From NCBI GenBank assembly GCA_964608995.1, contig CAZSQS010000001.1, positions 25,143-89,142 of the forward strand: a stretch of 64,000 nt of DNA, read 5' to 3'. Below, piece after piece: positions 57,903-64,000 of the stretch (its first letter is position 1; every line of letters starts with the position of its first letter). The stretch comes from an uncultured Smithella sp. (GTDB lineage: Bacteria > Desulfobacterota > Syntrophia > Syntrophales > Smithellaceae). A model generated the notes under the pieces. That model was not told the DNA's origin and ran no database searches. It worked only from the letters and a program-made list of their open reading frames with translations. Both the position numbers and the translations under genes were made by a program.

Positions 57903-59258
57903 TCACACCTGCCGGGGAGAGACGGGTACGCTCTCTTGCGTCAGTCCCCAGCGGCGAATTTTTGTTCTCAATGTTTTGCGGTCAATGCCCAGTATTTCCG
58001 CTGTTTTGGTCTGATTCCAGTTCGTTTCCTGAAGAGTTTTTAAAATCTGCTGCCGCTGGGCGTCCTCAAGCGGCGTGATGAAAGAAGCTTCCGCGGGGCG
58101 GCGCGCGATGCTCTGTGGGCGGAATCGCGGGGGCAGGTACTCGGGGATGATCACTGAAAACGGTGACAGAAGAAGGGTCTGCTGCAGCACGTTTTCCAGC
58201 TCGCGTACATTTCCCGGCCAATCGTAATGCATGAGGATTTCAACCGTCTCCGGCGACACGCGCACGGCGTCGCAGCCCATTTTCGTGAGCATGGCGTCAA
58301 TCAAAAGCGGAATATCTTCGATGCGTTCCCTCAGGGGCGGTACGCTGAGCCGCACAATAAAGCGGTACAACAGGTCCAGGCGAAACCGGCCGTTTTTTAT
58401 CTCGTCATCAATGTTTTTGTTGGAGGCGGCAACGACGCGCACTTTGACATGACGCACATCATGCCCGCCGATCCGGCGCACTTCGCCATCCTGCATGAAT
58501 CGCAGAAGTTTGCTTTGCAAAGCGGTGGACATCTCGGAGATTTCGTCGAGAAAAATGGTTCCCCCCTCGGCTGTTTCGAGAAGCCCCATATGGCGCTGGT
58601 CAGCGCCCGTGAAGGCGCCTTTTTCATACCCGAAGAGTTCTGACTCCAGCAGATTATCCGGAATGGCGCCGCAGTGGACCACGACAAAGGGATTGTGGTT
58701 TCGAGAGGACATCGAGTGAAGGGAGCGGGCCGTGAGCTCTTTGCCCGTGCCGCTTTCTCCCTCAATCAGCACGCTGGCCTGCGAATCTGCCACACGGGCG
58801 ATTTGTTTATAAAAGCCGATCATGGCCGCCGAGGCGCCGGTGAATTTTGTCTCCCGGTCGGTCTGGGGTTGAGGGCTCATGCGGTTTTCGCGCAGTTCTC
58901 GAAGTTCCAGAATTTTTTTGACCAGCGCCCGGCTGTCTTCGGGTGAAAAAGGTTTGCTGATGTAATCCCATGCGCCTGACCGGATGGCCTCCATCGTCGT
59001 TTCCAGAGATCCGTAGGCGGTCATCAGCACAACGGGGAGATTCGGATGGCGGGCGTGAATTTCCTTTAGAAATTGCAAACCGTCCATATCCGGCATGCGG
59101 ATATCGGACATCAATAAATCGTAAAGGGTTAAGTCTTGTTCCAGAGCCGTGCGCGCGGAGGTAAAGGTATCCACCACATACCCGTCGCTCTCCAGCGCTT
59201 CCTGTAAAAATTCACAGGCCACGGCGTCGTCATCAACAACCAGAATTCGCGCGGTCAT
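57903..59258 (-). CDS. sigma-54-dependent response regulator (NtrC family: REC-AAA+-Fis HTH)
   Basis: REC domain (ILVVDDD..D), GESGTGKE Walker A, the GAFTGA sigma-54 contact loop and a C-terminal HTH. Confidence 0.9.
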   Translation of the reverse strand: MTARILVVDDDAVACEFLQEALESDGYVVDTFTSARTALEQDLTLYDLLMSDIRMPDMDGLQFLKEIHARHPNLPVVLMTAYGSLETTMEAIRSGAWDYISKPFSPEDSRALVKKILELRELRENRMSPQPQTDRETKFTGASAAMIGFYKQIARVADSQASVLIEGESGTGKELTARSLHSMSSRNHNPFVVVHCGAIPDNLLESELFGYEKGAFTGADQRHMGLLETAEGGTIFLDEISEMSTALQSKLLRFMQDGEVRRIGGHDVRHVKVRVVAASNKNIDDEIKNGRFRLDLLYRFIVRLSVPPLRERIEDIPLLIDAMLTKMGCDAVRVSPETVEILMHYDWPGNVRELENVLQQTLLLSPFSVIIPEYLPPRFRPQSIARRPAEASFITPLEDAQRQQILKTLQETNWNQTKTAEILGIDRKTLRTKIRRWGLTQESVPVSPRQV

Positions 59259-59298
59259 GTTTTGTTCCGATCTTTTCCTGAAAAACATTAGTTATGAT

Positions 59299-59691
59299 TC
59301 AGATCATTCCGATCAGGTTAAGCCCGAGGAAAAACGCGGCAAGCATCGTTATCATCGACAGACGCCCCAGCCAGCGGTGTAAAGGGCGAAGCGCCGGTTT
59401 CGGGGGCGCCTTTACCATATGAAGCCCCAAAGACAATATCAGCGCAATCCCCACAAGCGCGGCAAGCCCGATGCCCTGATGCAGCCCTGCCAGATGGGAT
59501 GAACCGGAACTTGCGACATGGGCAAACACCCCTGCAGCGCCCGCCCACAGAAGCGCGGTTCCCGCCGTATTGAATCCCCTGTGAATTTTCAGCCAGCTCT
59601 TTTTTTTTCGCCCCAGCATGGCCATGCTCACGCCGAAAACCAGACACAAAAGCGCGACGGTCATCAAGGACAGGTGAATAAGAATCAGCAT
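59299..59691 (-). CDS. four-helix integral membrane protein, unknown function
   Basis: Hydrophobicity pattern with several conserved-looking His. No diagnostic motif. Confidence 0.45.
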   Translation of the reverse strand: MLILIHLSLMTVALLCLVFGVSMAMLGRKKKSWLKIHRGFNTAGTALLWAGAAGVFAHVASSGSSHLAGLHQGIGLAALVGIALILSLGLHMVKAPPKPALRPLHRWLGRLSMITMLAAFFLGLNLIGMI

Positions 59692-59735
59692 GCGGCCAGG
59701 CTCCGAATCCGTTGAGGGATCTTTGTTTGCGTATC

Positions 59736-60575
59736 CTAAAGAATGATTTCCAATCCCTGATGCATGGCGAAGCAGTCCAGATCGGCGTGACTTTTGTCAA
59801 TCAATTCGCGGCAGCGGGCAATCATGGCGTCGATATCCTCATCGTGCCGGTCCTGATTGTGGTGAAACAGTCCCAGACGGGCAACGCCCGATTCAAGGGC
59901 AAGCCTCACCGCCTGTTCAATGGTGGAGTGCCCCCAGCCCCGGCGCTTCGGATATTCGTCATCACGGTATTCCGCGTCGTGAACCAGCAAATCCGCGCCG
60001 CGGGAAAATTCCAGGTAGTCTGTATAAGGCAGGCCGCCTTCGTGGATATGGCCCAGTTCATTGTCCGTCAGAAAGACGAAGCTGTGGCCGTTTTCTGTAA
60101 ACCGGTAGCCGGTTCCCTGGTTGGGATGCGAAAGCGCAATCGGTTCTATCGTCATCTCCCCTAACTGGTAATGTCCATTGCAGGTGTCTGAATAATCGAC
60201 GACGGCGTGGACCTCTTCGTAATTGACCGGAAAGTAAGGCGCGGACATGACGCGCGCGAGCATCTCGCGGATGGAATCCTGGGCGAAGGCGCATCCCCAC
60301 ACGGTCAGACGGGTTTTTTCAAAGTAGAGCGGTTTGAAAAAGGGAAACCCCATGATGTGATCCCAGTGGGCATGCGTCAGAAGCAAAGTGAAGTGTTGAA
60401 TGCCTTCCGCCATGAGTGCATTGCCGGCTTCGCGGATGCCCGATCCGGCATCGACGAGCAAAACATCTCCACGTGCATTGCGAATTTCCAGAGAGGTTGT
60501 GTTGCCGCCGTAACGTAAGTAGTTTTTTCCGGATACGGGAATGGAGCCTCTGGCTCCAAAGCAGCGTATGATCAT
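59736..60575 (-). CDS. MBL-fold metallo-hydrolase
   Basis: LLLTHAHWDH (HxHxDH). Confidence 0.8.
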   Translation of the reverse strand: MIIRCFGARGSIPVSGKNYLRYGGNTTSLEIRNARGDVLLVDAGSGIREAGNALMAEGIQHFTLLLTHAHWDHIMGFPFFKPLYFEKTRLTVWGCAFAQDSIREMLARVMSAPYFPVNYEEVHAVVDYSDTCNGHYQLGEMTIEPIALSHPNQGTGYRFTENGHSFVFLTDNELGHIHEGGLPYTDYLEFSRGADLLVHDAEYRDDEYPKRRGWGHSTIEQAVRLALESGVARLGLFHHNQDRHDEDIDAMIARCRELIDKSHADLDCFAMHQGLEIIL

Positions 60576-60754
60576 GTTCCATCCTTTACGATGCCATTAT
60601 AACGCTATAATACTGAAATCCTGATTTTTTTCAAGCAGGAACTCATCCATGACGTTATCCCTTTTTTAAGCCTCAGGGGGCTTCGTCCGTTTACGGGACA
60701 TGCAACGCCGATGTTTGGGGATTAAAAAAGGGATGCGTCTGGAAGGAAGGGAAG

Positions 60755-60775
60755 CGGGCGGGGAGTCCCCGCCCG
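60755..60775 (-). terminator. GC-rich hairpin after hydrolase paralog 1
   Basis: CGGGCGGGG..CCCCGCCCG, 10 nt past the stop. On the minus strand a T-run follows about 25 nt later. Confidence 0.35.
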
Positions 60776-60784
60776 TCTTGAGGA

Positions 60785-61798
60785 TTACCAGTTTTTGTAC
60801 TGCGCCGTCCACTTGCCGCCGCAGAAATAGCAGTTGGCGCCAATGAACATGCTCTGACGATCTGTTTCATCAGCCAGATGCCAGCGCAGCCAGGCCGTCA
60901 TCGCGGAGAGCCCTTCGCGCGCGGCGTTGATGTGATCCACGCCATCGAGGATCCCGTACCAGACGGGCACGGTCGTGTTGCGGTAATCGCGAGCGACATT
61001 CGAGCTCGAAAGCGTATCGGCCGATCCGACAAAATACATCGTCGGGTTGCTAAGCTTTGTGGGGCCGTTGCCGTCGAACGATCCGCCGCCGCAGTGAATT
61101 GTGGTGGAAAGTCGCGAGTCATTGGCAATGGCAAAGGTGGTGATGGACCCCATCGAATGCCCGCCCGCCGCAATTCTGGTGGTGTCGAGCTTGCCATAGT
61201 AAGCGCTTGAGCTGCGACCGTTTTGCGTAATCAGCCAGTCCATCGCGGCGGTCATTTCCGTGCCGTCGCCGGTGGAGACTTCACTATAGACGACAAATCC
61301 ATGCGACGCGATTCGCTTCAGATGATCTTCGTAATCGGCCGGCTCAGATCCGCCGCCCGGGCCCCAGATGAAAATGGGGTGTTTGGAAACGCCCTGGCTT
61401 CCCAGGCTGGAGGGTCTCACCACCCAGCCTTCGCGGCCGGGCCCGGTGCTTTTGTCGATGGTGGTTGCAAACGGGCCATTGGTTTCAATGCTTGATACGG
61501 CCGGCAGGATACCGCCGCCGGAGCTGGAAGACGAGGACGACGAAGATGACGAGCTCGATGATGAAGAGGAAGTGTTAAACCACCACGACCCGGAGGAAGA
61601 TGAACTTGACGATGAAGAACTGCTGGTGGAGAACCACCACGACCCGGAGGTGGAAGAACTGGAGGAAGAACTCGAAGACGAAGAGCTGCTGGAGCTCCAC
61701 CACCATTGCGCGTTACCGGTTGACACAAACATGCCCGTGATGAACAGGCACACCGCCACTGAAAGTGTAAGCTTCCGTATTAATTTTTTTCTGTCCAT
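60785..61798 (-). CDS. secreted PETase/cutinase-like alpha/beta hydrolase with N-terminal Trp/poly-Ser module (paralog 1)
   Basis: Signal peptide ..TGNA-QWWW. W/S module at 61511-61708. The catalytic domain is collinear with remembered IsPETase/Thermobifida cutinase blocks (IASHGFVV; YGKLDTTRIAAGGHSMGS; GVDH; AWLRWHLADETDRQSMF; C-terminal Cys pair). Confidence 0.7.
   Translation of the reverse strand: MDRKKLIRKLTLSVAVCLFITGMFVSTGNAQWWWSSSSSSSSSSSSSSSTSGSWWFSTSSSSSSSSSSSGSWWFNTSSSSSSSSSSSSSSSSSGGGILPAVSSIETNGPFATTIDKSTGPGREGWVVRPSSLGSQGVSKHPIFIWGPGGGSEPADYEDHLKRIASHGFVVYSEVSTGDGTEMTAAMDWLITQNGRSSSAYYGKLDTTRIAAGGHSMGSITTFAIANDSRLSTTIHCGGGSFDGNGPTKLSNPTMYFVGSADTLSSSNVARDYRNTTVPVWYGILDGVDHINAAREGLSAMTAWLRWHLADETDRQSMFIGANCYFCGGKWTAQYKNW
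61511..61708 (-). repeat. coding low-complexity module QWWW-S16-TSGSWWF-STS11-GSWWF-NTS17-GGG
   Basis: Read from the translation. The Ser runs use mixed TCN and AGC codons. Confidence 0.8.
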
Positions 61799-61830
61799 GA
61801 AAAATACCTTCCTTTGTCAGCTTGTTGACA

Positions 61831-61853
61831 GCGGGCGGGAAAAACCCGCCCGC
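61831..61853 (-). terminator. GC-rich hairpin between the two hydrolase paralogs
   Basis: GCGGGCGGG-aaaaa-CCCGCCCGC, 10 nt past the stop of paralog 2. No T-run on the minus strand. Confidence 0.3.
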
Positions 61854-61862
61854 TTTGTCAAA

Positions 61863-62867
61863 TCACCAGTTTTTGTACTGGACATCCCACATGCCGCTGC
61901 AGAAATAGCAGTTGGAGCTGATAAACATGCTCTTGCGGGAGGTTTCATCGGCGATCTGCCAGCGCAGCCAGGCGGTAATGGCCGGCAGCGCCTCGCGCGC
62001 CGCGCTGATGTGATCCACGCCGTCCATTTCGCCAGACCACACCGGTACCGTGGTGTTGCGGTAGTCGCGCTGCACATTGGACAGGGCCGCGGAATCTTCC
62101 GTGCCCACGACATACAGAGCTGGCTTACGCAAATTTTTAGGACCATTGCCGTCAAAAGAACCGCCGGCGACATGAATGGTGGTTTTCAGGCGCGAGTCGG
62201 TGGCAATGGCAAACGTGGCGATCGATCCGCGGGAATGGCCGCCCGCCGCGATCCGGGTTGTGTCGAGTTTGCCGTAGTATTTGCTGGAGGAGGTGCCGTT
62301 TTCTTTAATCAGCCAGTTCAGGGCGTTGGTCATCTCCGAGCCGCTGTTGGAGGACACTTCAGAATAAACGACGAAGCCATGCGACGCCCAGCGTCTCAAG
62401 TGATCTTCGTAGCTGCTCGGTGTCGAACCTGCGCCGGGGCCCCAGATAAAGATGGGATGTTTGGACACGCCCTGGCTGCCAAGCGTTGTGGGACGAGCTA
62501 CCCAGCCGGATCGGCTGGAGCCGACATTTTTGTCGATCGTGACCGCAAAAGGTCCTGTAGTTTCAATGCTGGATACCGCGGGCAAAACGCCGCCGCTTCC
62601 CGAGGAGCTCGACGAGGAGCTTGATGAGGAGCTCGATGACGAAGAGGAGGTGTTAAACCACCACGACCCGGAGGAGGATGAACTGGACGAAGAGGAGGTG
62701 TTAAACCACCACGAGCCGGAGGTGGAAGAACTCGAGGAAGAACTCGAAGACGAAGAACTGCTGGTGCTCCACCACCACTGAGCGTTAACCGTTGACACAA
62801 ACATACCCGTCATCAACAGGCATGCAAGAGCGATCATGATCAATTGCCGCTTTGATTTTTTTTCCAT
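61863..62867 (-). CDS. secreted PETase/cutinase-like alpha/beta hydrolase with N-terminal Trp/poly-Ser module (paralog 2)
   Basis: Same architecture as paralog 1, with nucleophile elbow GGHSRGS. W/S module at 62586-62780. Confidence 0.7.
   Translation of the reverse strand: MEKKSKRQLIMIALACLLMTGMFVSTVNAQWWWSTSSSSSSSSSSSSSTSGSWWFNTSSSSSSSSSGSWWFNTSSSSSSSSSSSSSSSSGSGGVLPAVSSIETTGPFAVTIDKNVGSSRSGWVARPTTLGSQGVSKHPIFIWGPGAGSTPSSYEDHLRRWASHGFVVYSEVSSNSGSEMTNALNWLIKENGTSSSKYYGKLDTTRIAAGGHSRGSIATFAIATDSRLKTTIHVAGGSFDGNGPKNLRKPALYVVGTEDSAALSNVQRDYRNTTVPVWSGEMDGVDHISAAREALPAITAWLRWQIADETSRKSMFISSNCYFCSGMWDVQYKNW
62586..62780 (-). repeat. coding low-complexity module QWWW-poly-S-SGSWWF-poly-S-GSWWF-poly-S
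   Basis: Read from the translation. Confidence 0.8.
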
Positions 62868-63152
62868 AAAAAACCTTCCCCTTTCAACAACATCTGTTGT
62901 TTTGTATATTGAATTGTTGCGCAGGGATCGAAATCATTAATCCGTATGATTTGAAGCCTGCTCCCCTGTACGCATTTCACCTTTCCGTCCGCGCACTTTA
63001 ACCTCCCGGACGCGGCGCTTCGGTTGGCCTTTTTTGCGTTGGTCGCTTCCGGGAAGCGCCATTTCTTTATTTTCACCTCCTCGCCAGATTTCTTTCGTAT
63101 TTCGGTTTGTTTCGTCATCCGATAAATCATTCCGTTATGCGATACAATATTT

Positions 63153-63168
63153 TGCATTATTTGTGCCA
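63153..63168 (-). promoter_or_regulatory. sigma-54 promoter (minus strand TGGCAC-AAATA-ATGCA)
   Basis: The reverse complement of TGCATTATTTGTGCCA has a perfect -24 TGGCAC and a -12 TGCA at canonical spacing. It points toward the hydrolase genes. Confidence 0.55.
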
Positions 63169-63335
63169 TCGGTTCCGACGCGGCACATTGATCACAATTA
63201 ATTAATATCATTAATGAATAAATGAATTGCATTTTTGCTGATATTTGAATATGTATTATAAAAAAACAGTAGCTGTTTCATAATTGAACATCTTGGGATA
63301 GAAAAATCCAGGGTGGATAATAAAGAGTTGAGAAT

Positions 63336-64000
63336 ATGCCGATTGCCTTTCAAAAATTCGTAGAGAATCTGTCGGCGCGACAGGCGCTGCAGCAAATATC
63401 GCCCCTTGAAGAAAAATTTATAAATATCAAGCTCGAATGGGAAAAATTCGTTGCCGGCAAGGACGACATCGACACCTGCGTTGTCCCGGAAGAGATTCTT
63501 GCGTCATGGCGATCTTATCGCCTTGTGCACATGGACGCCGCGACGCAGGAGCTTCCGAATTTCCGCATCCTCCGGGGCGGTGACTTGGCGGATTTACTGG
63601 CGGTTAATCACGAATTCATAGACTTAAGCCGGCCCTTTCTGGACAATCTTTATGAATTTATGAAAGATTCCGGATTTGCCATTGTGCTGTTCGATGCCCG
63701 CGGGTTTATTCTGGATGCCCGCCATGATGAAAAATACCTGGAAACGCATCAGTTTTCACGCTGGTCGCCGGGGGTGCAATGGAGCGAGAGGATCGCCGGC
63801 AATAATATCATTTCCTTTATCCTGGCGTCGAAAAAGCCCTGTCAGCTCTTCGGTCCGCACCACTATATGCAGATGTATCACTACGTGACCGCGTCCGGCG
63901 CGCCGATCTTCAATCCCGACGGTGAGCTCATCGGCGGCATTGCCATGTCTTCCCACCTGTATGCCTCCAATGATCACACGCTGGGCATGGCGGTTGCCGC
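63336..64000 (+). CDS. AcoR-like sigma-54-dependent activator, N-terminal sensor (GAF-like) part only; runs off the window
   Basis: Open frame from ATG 63336 to the window end with no stop (not in the ORF track). The pattern EEILASWRS..FAIVLFDARGFILDA..PGVQWSERIAGNNIIS..TASGAPIFNPDGELIGGIAMS resembles AcoR-family N-termini (G..WSE...GTNAIGT...TCSAAPI.D..G...GVLD.S). Confidence 0.6.
   Translation, partial: MPIAFQKFVENLSARQALQQISPLEEKFINIKLEWEKFVAGKDDIDTCVVPEEILASWRSYRLVHMDAATQELPNFRILRGGDLADLLAVNHEFIDLSRPFLDNLYEFMKDSGFAIVLFDARGFILDARHDEKYLETHQFSRWSPGVQWSERIAGNNIISFILASKKPCQLFGPHHYMQMYHYVTASGAPIFNPDGELIGGIAMSSHLYASNDHTLGMAVA

Noticed and set aside
61368-62624. 418 aa plus-strand ORF with striking acidic repeats (EDEDDEDDELDDEEE) spanning both hydrolase genes
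   Set aside because: It is the reverse-complement mirror of the poly-Ser tracts (Ser codons TCN/AGC read antisense as Asp/Glu/Leu codons). It crosses the intergenic hairpin and has no independent signal.
62840-63232. 130 aa minus-strand ORF in the AT-rich leader upstream of hydrolase paralog 2
   Set aside because: It overlaps the hydrolase start, starts upstream of the predicted sigma-54 promoter, and has no RBS or recognizable domain. It is more likely non-coding leader. A small leader peptide cannot be excluded without expression data.
1-64000. Scan for CRISPR arrays, tRNA/rRNA genes, transposases, integrases, reverse transcriptases and toxin-antitoxin pairs
   Set aside because: I saw no spaced direct-repeat arrays, no cloverleaf-like or rRNA-like stretches in the intergenic gaps, and no ORF with DDE, tyrosine-recombinase, RT (YxDD) or classic TA motifs. 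An eyeball scan could miss a short tRNA, so tRNAscan/Infernal should confirm.

Overview
This is a 64 kb chromosomal segment from a GC-rich bacterium. Gene content suggests a deltaproteobacterial, sulfate-reducer-like anaerobe: a Sec-type selD, yedF/DUF3343, a double-cubane-type reductase homolog, ygiQ, many sigma-54 elements and PAS/GGDEF signalling. All calls rest on reading the ORF track and DNA by eye and on remembered family motifs; no searches were run. The backbone is housekeeping: leuS-lptE, ubiE, three tandem hsp20 genes divergent from gmhA-grpE-dnaK, surE, feoAB, selD, a glcD-like gene, an MFS transporter and a two-component system. I saw no rRNA, tRNA, CRISPR array, transposase or integrase. 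Observations worth a second look: (1) An AT-rich three-gene island at 17.1-21.3 kb, between a lipoprotein gene and surE. It encodes a DUF4150 PAAR-like spike-tip protein with a C-terminal TTR-like domain, a 642 aa amidohydrolase-fold protein with a large insertion, and a translationally coupled membrane-anchored beta-propeller. I read this as an orphan contractile-injection (T6SS/eCIS-type) cargo effector/immunity module with an undescribed effector fold. (2) Two tandem paralogs of secreted PETase/cutinase-like hydrolases at 60.8-62.9 kb. Each carries an unusual N-terminal module of three Trp clusters (WWW/WWF) separated by poly-Ser. A sigma-54 promoter lies upstream, and a divergently encoded AcoR-like activator runs off the window end. 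(3) selD is really 32 codons longer than the ORF track shows, because it reads through an in-frame UGA (selenocysteine) in the GAG-U-ACK active-site motif. (4) A compact minus-strand operon links a 2-hydroxyacyl-CoA-dehydratase/double-cubane-type protein, a CxxC thioredoxin-fold protein, a Cys-rich unknown, YedF and DUF3343. (5) Also noted: a sigma-54-preceded Arn-like glycosylation cluster with two GT-C membrane transferases, a sigma-54-driven pair of small secreted proteins next to an HK/NtrC pair, a GT2-GalT/HIT fusion, an internally duplicated secreted protein, a PAS protein with a Cys4 C-terminal module, and several heptamer microarrays and structured intergenic elements.
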